Source: an uncultured Alphaproteobacteria bacterium
GTDB lineage: Bacteria > Pseudomonadota > Alphaproteobacteria > SP197
DNA length: 60,370 nucleotides
Direction: 5' to 3'
NCBI GenBank assembly: GCA_938048755.1
Contig: CALIUG010000048.1
Span: 1 to 60,370, forward strand
Part shown: positions 38,369 to 47,503 of the stretch, piece by piece
How positions within the stretch are numbered: the first letter of the stretch is position 1
Layout of the letters: the number at the start of each line of letters is the position of its first letter
Translations under genes and position numbers: made by a program
Notes under the pieces: model-generated
What the model saw: only the letters and a program-made list of their open reading frames with translations
The model's database searches: none
What the model was told of the DNA's origin: nothing

Positions 38369-40258
38369 ATGTGTGGTCTCGCCGGCATGGTCGACTGGTC
38401 CGCCTCGATGGCACCGGATGCGCGTGAACGTGCGGTCCAGGCCATGAGCGATGCGCTGATTCATCGCGGCCCCGATGACTCCGGCATCTGGTCGGATGAT
38501 CGCGCGACCCTGGGACAGCGTCGCCTGGCGATCATCGACCTCAGCCCCACCGGTCATCAGCCCATGGTCAGTGCATGCGGGCGTTATGTGCTGAGTTACA
38601 ACGGCGAGATCTACAACCATCGCAGCATGGCCGAGGACCTGCGCGCCGATGGCGTCACCTTCCGCGGCCATAGCGATACCGAAATTCTTCTCGAAGCCAT
38701 CGCCCTTTGGGGAGTCGAGCGTGTCTTGGAGCAGGCGGCAGGCATGTTCGCCTTTGCTCTGTGGGATACGCGCGAGGCCACCATGCTTCTGGCGCGTGAC
38801 CGCCTGGGCAAGAAGCCCCTCTACTGGACCAGCGCGGGCGGACGGCTTGCCTTTGCTTCGGAAATGACGGCCTTGCTCAAGCTTGAAACCACGCCGCGTG
38901 CGATCGACCGGGATGCGCTCTGTCTCTATCTGCGTCACGCCTGTGTTCCCGCGCCGCGCTCCATTCTCCAGGGAGTGCACAAGCTTGAACCCGGCACTAT
39001 GCTGACCTTCACGGCTTCCGACCAGGCCCAGGAAATGCGCTACTGGAATATTCGCAGTATCGCCATGGACGGGCTTGATGCGCCGTTTTCCGGCAGTGAT
39101 GACGAGGCCGTTACATCCATTTCCGATACCCTGGCTGTTGCCGTGCGTGAGCGCATGATTTCCGATGTCCCTCTGGGTGCCTTTCTCTCCGGCGGTATCG
39201 ACTCATCGCTGATCGTGGCGCTGATGCAGGAAGAGAGCGATCAGCCGGTCAACACGTTCTGCATTTCCTTTGATGAGGACGGCTGGAACGAGGGGGATTA
39301 CGCAAAGACCGTTTCGGAGCATCTGGGAACACGCCATCGCGAATTGCGGCTTGATCCCGCCCGGGCGATCGACAGCCTCGATACCGTGGTGGCTCATGCC
39401 GACGAACCTTTTGCCGATGCCTCATCCATCGCAACCTATCTCGTCTCAAAACTGGCGCGCGAACACGTTACGGTCGCGCTCAGCGGGGATGGCGGCGATG
39501 AGATCTTCGCCGGTTACTCTCGCTACGACTGGACCCAGCAGACCTGGAACCGGATCGCGCCCTGGCCGCGTCTTCTGCGCCGGCCGGTCGCTGCCCTGAT
39601 GCGTGGACTCTCCTGGTCGGGTGGCCGGGGGGATAGCCTGGGCCACTACGGCGCCGTACTGGGAGAAGCCACCCCGGACGGCATCTATCGTCACACGCTC
39701 AGCGCATGGCAATGTCCGACCCGCCTTGCCTGTGGCGGTCGTGAACCGGCCGGACCCATCTGGGACACGAGCCTGAAGCGCGACGTGCCGGACCTGATGA
39801 CACGCATGCAGGTGATCGATGTCGCGGGTTTTCTGCATGACGACATCCTGACCAAGGTCGACCGTGCCTCCATGGCGGTCAGCCTGGAGGCACGGTCGCC
39901 CATTCTGGATCACCGGGTGGTGGAGCAGGCGTTCCGCCTGCCGCGCGCGATCATGCATCGGGATGGTCGTGGAAAATGGCCCCTACGCCGAATTCTGGAT
40001 CGTCATGTTCCGGCCCATCACTTTGAGCGGCCCAAGCGAGGATTCTCTGTGCCCGTGGGCTATTGGCTGCGTGGCCCGCTGAAGGACTGGGCGGCAAACC
40101 TCATCGAAACCAGACGGATCGAAGAGGCCGGCTTCTTCGATGCCAGGGAACTTCACAAGGTCTGGGACCGCCACCAGGCCGGTAGCAACCGCTGGGCCAA
40201 CGCTTTATGGACCGTGGTCATGTTCGAAGCGTGGCGCGACCGCCACGGCTTTACCTGA
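38369..40258 (+). CDS. asnB: Asparagine synthase (glutamine-hydrolysing)-like amidotransferase, copy 1
   Basis: MCGLAG, HRGPD, RRLAIID, NGEIYN, SDTE, LSGGIDSS, SGDGGDEIFAGY, KVDRASM, KRGF. ATG 38369. Confidence 0.92.
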   Translation: MCGLAGMVDWSASMAPDARERAVQAMSDALIHRGPDDSGIWSDDRATLGQRRLAIIDLSPTGHQPMVSACGRYVLSYNGEIYNHRSMAEDLRADGVTFRGHSDTEILLEAIALWGVERVLEQAAGMFAFALWDTREATMLLARDRLGKKPLYWTSAGGRLAFASEMTALLKLETTPRAIDRDALCLYLRHACVPAPRSILQGVHKLEPGTMLTFTASDQAQEMRYWNIRSIAMDGLDAPFSGSDDEAVTSISDTLAVAVRERMISDVPLGAFLSGGIDSSLIVALMQEESDQPVNTFCISFDEDGWNEGDYAKTVSEHLGTRHRELRLDPARAIDSLDTVVAHADEPFADASSIATYLVSKLAREHVTVALSGDGGDEIFAGYSRYDWTQQTWNRIAPWPRLLRRPVAALMRGLSWSGGRGDSLGHYGAVLGEATPDGIYRHTLSAWQCPTRLACGGREPAGPIWDTSLKRDVPDLMTRMQVIDVAGFLHDDILTKVDRASMAVSLEARSPILDHRVVEQAFRLPRAIMHRDGRGKWPLRRILDRHVPAHHFERPKRGFSVPVGYWLRGPLKDWAANLIETRRIEEAGFFDARELHKVWDRHQAGSNRWANALWTVVMFEAWRDRHGFT

Positions 40259-40274
40259 AAGGCAGACGTTAACG

Positions 40275-41102
40275 ATGCGCAAGGATTTCATTGATGGCCG
40301 GCAGTTTCACGGCCTCGCCGAGCCTGACTTCGTCGAGAAGTACTGGACCGATGTGTGGCGTCAGCAGGGTGCGCGCAAGGATCTGCTCGCCAAGATTCCG
40401 ACCAAGCCGGAGTACAAGGTCATGGCACCGGTGCTCGACAGCCTGCCGCAGGGTGCGCGCATCGTGGATGGCGGCTGTGGCCTGGGCGACTGGATCGTCC
40501 ATTTCCAGGAACGCGGCTTCGATGCCCTGGGTCTCGACATCAGCCGTGAGACCATCGCCATCCTGAACGAACGCTTTCCCGATGCTTCCTTTGCCGTTGG
40601 GGACATCCGCGCCATGGACGCCGAGGATGCCAGTGCTGACGTCTATTTCTCCTGGGGCGTGTTCGAGCATTTTGAGGAGGGCCTCGGCCCCTGTATCCGT
40701 GAGGCCTTCCGCGTGCTCAAGCCCGGTGGGCACCTCTACATCACGGTGCCCTTCGACAACCTGCGCATGGCCATCAAGGCGGCCCTATCGGGTGTGGGAA
40801 AGGTCGCTGAGCCGGATCTCGAACGGCGTTTCTATCAATGGCGCCTGACCCGTGCCGAACTGGCCGCGGAACTGTCACGCGAGGGGTTTGAAGTCCTTGA
40901 GGTCAAGCCCCTGCACAAACGCCAGGGCGTCTTGCGCAGCCTGCACCATGAATTCGGCATGTCCTATGACTGGTTCCTCACCAAGGCACTCTCGGCCGTG
41001 ATCGCGCCTGTGGTGCCCGGTGGCGTCTTTGCCCACATGTTGATGGCAACGGCGCGCCGACCGCTGGAATCAGATACTCAAGATGCCCGGCCAATCGGGT
41101 AG
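40275..41102 (+). CDS. Class I SAM-dependent methyltransferase
   Basis: VDGGCGLG, GLDIS, GDI, SWGVFEHF, VLKPGG. ATG 40275. Confidence 0.87.
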   Translation: MRKDFIDGRQFHGLAEPDFVEKYWTDVWRQQGARKDLLAKIPTKPEYKVMAPVLDSLPQGARIVDGGCGLGDWIVHFQERGFDALGLDISRETIAILNERFPDASFAVGDIRAMDAEDASADVYFSWGVFEHFEEGLGPCIREAFRVLKPGGHLYITVPFDNLRMAIKAALSGVGKVAEPDLERRFYQWRLTRAELAAELSREGFEVLEVKPLHKRQGVLRSLHHEFGMSYDWFLTKALSAVIAPVVPGGVFAHMLMATARRPLESDTQDARPIG

Positions 41103-41830
41103 TTTTCGTCGGTATGCGAGTAATAGGCTCCTTCGACCGCATCGTGACTGCGCTGGCAGACAAAGGCGCCGCGTACCCGCGACAACGCAAAGGACTGGCG
41201 CGCGTGACACGGCGAATGCTCGATCTTGCTGAACCCCACCAGCGACAGCCAGGCATCGACCGCGCTGATCGACGGCAGGTGGGTGATGTGGTGACTCAGA
41301 TGATGCCGGTTCTGGACCGCCTTGGGCACGTTGTGCCAGATCTCGACACACTTCTGGCCGCGCGTCGGGAACCGTCGCGCCGTCGCGGTTTCCAGCACCA
41401 GCGTACCGCCCGGCGCCAGCCAATCGTAAAGGCGCGCGATCATGCGCAGCTGTTCGGGGTTGTGGTAGAGCACACCCGCACACCAGATCAGGTCGAACGG
41501 GACGGCGTCGGCAAGAACATCGTCATACATGATATTGCCGTAACGGATGTCGATCTTGTCCAGGATGCCGCGACCGGCCAGATCGGCCTCCAGCGCGTCC
41601 TTGGCGTGGGGCAGCTCGGCCTGCACCATGCGGTCGGCGCCCAGCGTCAGGAGTCTTTCGCTGTCGACGCCGTCACGCGGCCCGATCTCCAGGATCGAGG
41701 AGGGCGTTCTGCCGCCCAGATACGTCTGGAGATTCTCGAACATGTAGAGCCGGTAGTCACGTCGGTCGTTGGTCAGTTTGCGGATCACGCGACGCGGAAG
41801 ATCAAGGGCGCGATAGAGAAGCATGGGCAA
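41078..41830 (-). CDS. Class I SAM-dependent methyltransferase, opposite strand to the island
   Basis: ILEIGPRDG, FDLIWCAGVLYH, LAPGGTLVLET. The + strand frames here give no recognisable protein. Confidence 0.8.
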   Translation of the reverse strand: MPMLLYRALDLPRRVIRKLTNDRRDYRLYMFENLQTYLGGRTPSSILEIGPRDGVDSERLLTLGADRMVQAELPHAKDALEADLAGRGILDKIDIRYGNIMYDDVLADAVPFDLIWCAGVLYHNPEQLRMIARLYDWLAPGGTLVLETATARRFPTRGQKCVEIWHNVPKAVQNRHHLSHHITHLPSISAVDAWLSLVGFSKIEHSPCHARQSFALSRVRGAFVCQRSHDAVEGAYYSHTDENYPIGRAS

Positions 41831-41897
41831 TCCCGGTACCGGATGGGTTCAGAAACAAGGGCAATACAGTACCTGCTTGCCAAAGGCCAGTCTTCCC

Positions 41898-42716
41898 ATG
41901 ACTGAGCTTTCCGGCGACGGCGCCATGAGCGTGGGCAATCGCCTGCGCTGGCTCATCGGGAACGCGGCGCGCAACGTCACGGGGTGTTTCACCGGCCTCA
42001 CGGTCGAACGGGTTGCAGCCAATGCGCAGACTCGAGAGCGTGCACGTACCTGGCACGGATCACCGTCGCGCCTTGTTTCCGACCAGGTCATCGAGCAGGA
42101 ACTGGGTATGCTCTCGGTCCGTCCCATCAAAATCCTTGATGTCGGCTGCGGCAGTGGTCTGGCGCGACGGCACTTTGCCGCTGCCGGCCTCTCTGGCGCG
42201 TATCTGGGCATCGACATTGACGACAGGTTTGATCGGGATGCGGACTTTGCTGATCTCGACAGTCGGTTCGAGCAGGGGGATGCCCATACCGTCGAACTGG
42301 GCAATCCCGATCTGGTCTTCTCGTTTTCCGCGCTGGAGCATATCCCGCGGGACACAGCACTTCTCGCGCACCTGCGCGGTGCGCTGAAATCCGGGGGCAT
42401 GCAGGTGCATGTGGTTCCCGGCGGATGGGCGCTGCTGGCCTATCTCTGGCACGGTTACCGGCACTACCACCGCAGCGCCCTGAAGGCACGGTTTCCCATG
42501 AACCAGACGCGCGTCATTGCTGTGGGGGGACCGGGAAGTCTGGTGCTCCACACGCTTGTGATTGCCGTGCCTGAGATCCTGCTGCATATCAATCTGCGCA
42601 AGCGGTGGCCGGTCCTCTTCGGTCGGCTCACCGTTCTTGCGTTGGCGATTGACCGGCTTCTGCCGATCATGCCGACCAGTTACGTCGTGATTGAAAGAGC
42701 AGGCGGTACGCCATGA
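41898..42716 (+). CDS. Class I SAM-dependent methyltransferase
   Basis: ILDVGCGSG, YLGIDI, FSFSALEHI, LKSGG..VHVVP. Start 41898 or 41925. Confidence 0.82.
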   Translation: MTELSGDGAMSVGNRLRWLIGNAARNVTGCFTGLTVERVAANAQTRERARTWHGSPSRLVSDQVIEQELGMLSVRPIKILDVGCGSGLARRHFAAAGLSGAYLGIDIDDRFDRDADFADLDSRFEQGDAHTVELGNPDLVFSFSALEHIPRDTALLAHLRGALKSGGMQVHVVPGGWALLAYLWHGYRHYHRSALKARFPMNQTRVIAVGGPGSLVLHTLVIAVPEILLHINLRKRWPVLFGRLTVLALAIDRLLPIMPTSYVVIERAGGTP

Positions 42717-43681
42717 CACGGGCCTTGATCTTTGGCGTCAGCGGGCAGGACGGAGCCTATCTGGCCGAGTTGCTGTTGGCCCGCGGTTGCGAGGTGCATG
42801 GCGCGTCGCGTGATGCCGAAAGCAACCGGTTCGAAAACCTGGACCGGTTGGGCGTGCGGGACCGTGTCACCCTGCACTCGGCCACGCCAACCGATTTCCG
42901 CAGTGTCTTCCAGGTTGTTGAGCGGGTTCAGCCCGACGAGATCTTCAATCTTTCGGGCCAGTCGTCGGTCGGTCTTTCCTTCGATGAACCGGCCGAGACA
43001 CTCCAGAGCATTACGCTTGGCACCTTCAACATGCTGGAGACCATGCGTGTGGTCGGCGGCAACATGCGATTCTACAACGCCTGTTCGTCGGACTGCTTCG
43101 GCAACACCGATGGCCGGCCGGCCGGTGAGACCACCGCTTTCCGGCCACGCAGTCCCTATGGTGTGGCCAAATCCGCTGCCTTCTGGGCGGTCGCGAACTA
43201 TCGCGAGAGTTACGGTCTCTTTGCCTGCTCGGGCATCCTCTTCAACCATGAATCGCCTCTGCGTCCGGCGCGCTTCGTGACCCGCAAGATCGTCGGGGCG
43301 GCCTGCCGGATTGCTGCCGGTTCGGGCGAGCGCCTGAAACTGGGCAATATCGACATTGCGCGCGATTGGGGCTGGGCGCCCGAATATGTCGATGCCATGT
43401 CGCGCATGCTCCAGCAGGATGTGGCAGCAGACTATGTTGTTGCCACAGGCAAGACCCACACCTTGCAGGATTTTGTCGCCCATGCCTTTTCCAGTCTTGA
43501 TCTCGACTGGCGCGATCATGTCGACAGCGACCCGGCGCTGATACGACCTTCGGATCTCACGGTCTCTTCCGGTGACCCGTCCAAAGCTGCCGATGTGCTG
43601 GGTTGGCGCGCCAACAGGACCATGCCGGATGTTGTTGAAGCAATGATTGCGGCAGAACAGGACGCGTTGTCACCGTCGTGA
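42713..43681 (+). CDS. gmd: GDP-mannose 4,6-dehydratase-like
   Basis: GVSGQDGAYL, NLSGQSSV, SPYGVAK, NYRESY, LFNHESPLR, FVTRKI, LGN...RDWG. Confidence 0.88.
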   Translation: MTRALIFGVSGQDGAYLAELLLARGCEVHGASRDAESNRFENLDRLGVRDRVTLHSATPTDFRSVFQVVERVQPDEIFNLSGQSSVGLSFDEPAETLQSITLGTFNMLETMRVVGGNMRFYNACSSDCFGNTDGRPAGETTAFRPRSPYGVAKSAAFWAVANYRESYGLFACSGILFNHESPLRPARFVTRKIVGAACRIAAGSGERLKLGNIDIARDWGWAPEYVDAMSRMLQQDVAADYVVATGKTHTLQDFVAHAFSSLDLDWRDHVDSDPALIRPSDLTVSSGDPSKAADVLGWRANRTMPDVVEAMIAAEQDALSPS

Positions 43682-44796
43682 TCGAGCCGTTCAAACAGAT
43701 CCTTCGGCCCGTCGCGCGCGGCGGTACGGCGCTGCTGGCCCGCGCCGGTGCCGCGACAGGGTTGCGTCCCGTTGATCCTGCTCCCGTGCACTTTGTCATC
43801 GAGGAACAGGACTGGGCCATCCGTCGTGTGGGCACCGGTATTCAGGAAGGGGTCGAGCGACATCATCCCGGCAAGGTCTGCCTTACGCTCAATGCATCCG
43901 GCACGTCAAAGCGGGTGGTACACTTTGGCTCGCAGTACATGTGGTGTGCGTGGACACCGTTCATGTCGGGCTCGAACCGTTATGTCACCTCGTTTTTCCA
44001 CGGCAAGCCAGAAGACGGCCCCGATATCGCCCGCCACATTGACCAGTTTCTCGAAAGCGTACCGAAACTCGGGCGCATTGTGGCGTCGAACGGCATTCTG
44101 ATGGATCGCCTGGCTGGGTGGGGCGTTCCGAAAAACAAGCTGGTGCAGATCTCGATCGGCACCGACACGACCCTGTTCCAGCCCCCCATGGGTGAAGAGC
44201 GCAGACTTGCTCGCGAACGCTTCGGTATTCCTCAAGACGCCATCGCGATCGGCAGCTTCCAGAAGGACGGTGTGGGATGGGGCGACGGTATGGAACCCAA
44301 ACCGGTCAAGGGCCCCGACATCCTGGTTGCCGCCATCGCCGAGATGGCGCGTCACAAACCGGTCCATGTCCTGCTGACCGGCCCTGCCAGGGGCTACGTC
44401 AAGGCCGAGCTGGAGAAACGCGGCATTCCGTTCAGCCATGACTATCTGAAAGACTATGCCGAACTGAAATCGGCCTATCATGCTCTCGATATCTATCTTG
44501 TGACCTCCAGAGAGGAGGGCGGACCCATGGGGCTGATGGAAAGCATGGCGAGCCATGTCCCGGTGGTCTCGACCCCGGTGGGCATGGGTCCCGATCTGAT
44601 CGATGAAGGTGTGACCGGCTGGCTCGCGCCGGTCGAGCCTGACGCCATTGCAACGGCAGCACTTTCCGCACTGGACCGGCCCGAGCCCGAACGTGTCCTA
44701 AACGCAGCGCGTGAACGTGTTCTGTCCTGTGACTGGCAGGTGGTGGCCGATGCTCACTGGTCGCAGGTCTATCAGCCGCTTATGGCGGAACTCTAG
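43678..44796 (+). CDS. Glycosyltransferase family 4
   Basis: GSFQKDG, KGPD, SREEGGPMGLMESMASHVPVVST (EX7E). Confidence 0.85.
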   Translation: MIEPFKQILRPVARGGTALLARAGAATGLRPVDPAPVHFVIEEQDWAIRRVGTGIQEGVERHHPGKVCLTLNASGTSKRVVHFGSQYMWCAWTPFMSGSNRYVTSFFHGKPEDGPDIARHIDQFLESVPKLGRIVASNGILMDRLAGWGVPKNKLVQISIGTDTTLFQPPMGEERRLARERFGIPQDAIAIGSFQKDGVGWGDGMEPKPVKGPDILVAAIAEMARHKPVHVLLTGPARGYVKAELEKRGIPFSHDYLKDYAELKSAYHALDIYLVTSREEGGPMGLMESMASHVPVVSTPVGMGPDLIDEGVTGWLAPVEPDAIATAALSALDRPEPERVLNAARERVLSCDWQVVADAHWSQVYQPLMAEL

Positions 44797-44799
44797 GCC

Positions 44800-45897
44800 A
44801 TGGCCGGGAAACGCGATCCTCTGCGCAAGCGCCTTGCGCGCCGCGGATACCGTGCCGCCCTGGCGCTGGAGACCAGCTTCACGGCGCGTCGCCGGGCCGG
44901 ATTGCCCCGCGTCTTTTATGGTGGTGCGCGTGCAGGTTCGGGGGGCGGACCGCTGGTCAAGGTTGCCAGGCTCCAGGAGCATTTCCCTCAGGATCGCAGG
45001 GGTTACAACCTCGTCTACCTGCTCAGCAACACGCCCTATCTGACCCGCACCACCCTGGGACGTTTCAAGCGCCGCAAGGTACCCATGGTGCTCAACCAGA
45101 ACGGCGTCTTCTATCAGGCATGGTTCGATGGTGACTGGCGCGCCAAGAACGCCGAGATGGCGGCAGCCTACCACATGGCCGACCACGTCTTCTGGCAGAG
45201 CGACTTCTGCCGGCGCTGCGCCGACCGTTTTCTGGGCGAACGTGAAGGCCCCGGCGAGGTGCTCTACAACGCGGTCGACACAGGCCGCTTCACGCCGCTG
45301 GGTGAACGTCTGGAGCGTTCGGTCACCTTTCTGGTTGCCGGAAAGATCGAGCATCACCTTTACCGGCGGATCAGAGATGCTCTCGAAGGTCTTGCCAGGC
45401 TGCGGGCAGAAGGGGTTGATGCGCACCTGGTTGTTGCAGGATCCCTCGACGATCGCAGCAGCCAGCACAGTGCCGATGATATCACCCGGCTTGGTCTGGC
45501 CGATGCGGTCTCGTTCACCGGGCCCTATGATCAGGACCAGGCACCGGAGGTCTTTCGCTCTGCCGACATCTATCTCATGACCAAACCGAACGATCCCTGT
45601 CCCAACACGGTGCTTGAGGCGCTGGCTTGCGGTCTTCCCGTCATCTATTCGGCGACGGGCGGCGTGCCCGAGCTGGTCGGCGACACAGCGGGCTGGCCGC
45701 TCGTCTGCGAAGAGGATTTCGAAGCCATGGTCTGGCCCGACGTTTCCGATCTGACCGCAGCGATGCGTGATGCAGCGCAGAACTGGCAGGGCAGGGCAGC
45801 GGCAGCCCGTCAACGTGCCGTAGAGCGGTACGATCTGGCCCCCTGGCTCGAACGACACCGCACGGTGTTCACCCAATTGCTGGAGCAACGCCTATGA
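44800..45897 (+). CDS. Glycosyltransferase family 4
   Basis: GGGP, YNAVD, DPCPNTVLEALACGLPV, GGVPELV. Confidence 0.85.
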   Translation: MAGKRDPLRKRLARRGYRAALALETSFTARRRAGLPRVFYGGARAGSGGGPLVKVARLQEHFPQDRRGYNLVYLLSNTPYLTRTTLGRFKRRKVPMVLNQNGVFYQAWFDGDWRAKNAEMAAAYHMADHVFWQSDFCRRCADRFLGEREGPGEVLYNAVDTGRFTPLGERLERSVTFLVAGKIEHHLYRRIRDALEGLARLRAEGVDAHLVVAGSLDDRSSQHSADDITRLGLADAVSFTGPYDQDQAPEVFRSADIYLMTKPNDPCPNTVLEALACGLPVIYSATGGVPELVGDTAGWPLVCEEDFEAMVWPDVSDLTAAMRDAAQNWQGRAAAARQRAVERYDLAPWLERHRTVFTQLLEQRL

Positions 45898-46661
45898 GTG
45901 TGAAATCGGTTGCCCTTGCCGGTGCCAAGGCCATGGCGCTTCTGGTCGGCCTGGTACCTGCCGGTCTGCGCCACAAGCTGATCTTTGCGTCCCTGGTCCT
46001 GGAATCGCGGATCGGCAAACCCGACAATGCCCTGCGCAACCTCTACCGGATCCAGGATGATCTCGAGATGATCCTGGCCGAGCGCGCGACGGCCTATGGC
46101 GACGGCATCCATCCCAAACACCGGCTGACCCGCTATCACGAATTCTTCGTCGAACGGATCGGGGAGACCGCCCGCGTGCTCGATATCGGCTGTGGCTACG
46201 GTGAGGTCGCCCGCGCGATTGCACGGGCACGTCCTCAGAGTGTCGTCCAGGGCATCGACATCGAAGCTCCGCTGATCCGCCAGGCCCTTGGTGCCGACAA
46301 CCCGCCGAACCTGGCGTTTATCGAAGGTGACGCCACACAGAGTCTGCCCGATGGACCCTGGGACACCGTGGTGCTTTCCAACATCCTGGAACATCTCGAG
46401 GACAGGATCGGGTTCCTGCGTGCGCTGATTGCCGCCCAACAGCCCGATCAGATTCTCATCCGTGTTCCCGCCTTCGAACGGCATTGGCACATTCCCATGC
46501 GCCGGGAACTGGGCATCGGCTTCTTCTCCGACCGGACCCATTTCATCGAACACACAGCGGACGAGTTTGCTTCCGAAATCGTGGCATCCGGGCTGGAAAT
46601 CATCGAGATGAAGACGGTCTGGGGTGAAATCTGGGCAGCCTGCCGGACACGCAATGCCTGA
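45894..46661 (+). CDS. Class I SAM-dependent methyltransferase
   Basis: VLDIGCGYG, GIDI, DTVVLSNILEHL, IRVP. Confidence 0.85.
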   Translation: MSVKSVALAGAKAMALLVGLVPAGLRHKLIFASLVLESRIGKPDNALRNLYRIQDDLEMILAERATAYGDGIHPKHRLTRYHEFFVERIGETARVLDIGCGYGEVARAIARARPQSVVQGIDIEAPLIRQALGADNPPNLAFIEGDATQSLPDGPWDTVVLSNILEHLEDRIGFLRALIAAQQPDQILIRVPAFERHWHIPMRRELGIGFFSDRTHFIEHTADEFASEIVASGLEIIEMKTVWGEIWAACRTRNA

Positions 46662-47502
46662 CGTTTCCATCATTCTGCCCTGCTACAACGCCCATGCTTA
46701 TCTCGACCAGGCGGTGGAAAGCGCGCGGGCACAGACGTTTGCTTCCAGGGAAATCATCGTCATCAACGACGGCTCGACAGCACCGGAAACCGCTGAGGCG
46801 CTGGCTGCCCTGCCAGATGACGTTCGGGTTGTGCATCAGGAAAACCGTGGGCTGGCCGGTGCCCGAAACCGCGGCTATCAGGAAGCGGCCGGGCGCTACG
46901 TCCTGCCGCTGGACTGCGACGACTGGATCGAGCCCGAATATGTCGAAAAGGCCGTTGCCCTGATCGACGGGCGCGAGGACGCTTTTGTCTTCCCCTGGAT
47001 CGACGCCTTCGAACAGTACGAAGCGGTTCTGGAAAAACACTGGAACCTGTTCGAGCAGCTCGTCGCCAACCAGATGCCCTATTGCATGCTGATCCCCCGT
47101 TCACTGTGGCAGAAGGTCGGCGGTTACGACGAAGCCATGCGGCTTGGTTACGAGGACTGGGACTTCAACATCCGCCTCGGCCTCTCTGGTGCGGAAGGTC
47201 TTGGTCTTGCCGAGCCGGTGTTTCATTACCGGGTCGCCGCATCGGGCATGCTGCAGGCTGTCGCGCACCAACGCCACGGCCAGCTCTGGCGTGTGATCCA
47301 GAAGAAACATCCCGAAGCCTATGGTGTCCGGGGTTTTCTGGGCCATATGCGCGCCTGGTCGGGCAGGCCCAAGAACAACGCCACCTGGAAGCTGCTTGCC
47401 TTCTACACCGCGCATCGCCTGTTGCCCGATGCCGCGTTTTCCCGCCTGTTCCAGGCTGTGCTGAAGCGCAGTCACCTTCGCCGCAAGGCGGCAGAGGTCT
47501 GA
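46654..47502 (+). CDS. Glycosyltransferase family 2
   Basis: SIILPCYN, INDGS, NRGLAGARN, LDCDD, GGYD, EDWDF. ATG 46654. Confidence 0.9.
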   Translation: MPDVSIILPCYNAHAYLDQAVESARAQTFASREIIVINDGSTAPETAEALAALPDDVRVVHQENRGLAGARNRGYQEAAGRYVLPLDCDDWIEPEYVEKAVALIDGREDAFVFPWIDAFEQYEAVLEKHWNLFEQLVANQMPYCMLIPRSLWQKVGGYDEAMRLGYEDWDFNIRLGLSGAEGLGLAEPVFHYRVAASGMLQAVAHQRHGQLWRVIQKKHPEAYGVRGFLGHMRAWSGRPKNNATWKLLAFYTAHRLLPDAAFSRLFQAVLKRSHLRRKAAEV

Positions 47503-47503
47503 C

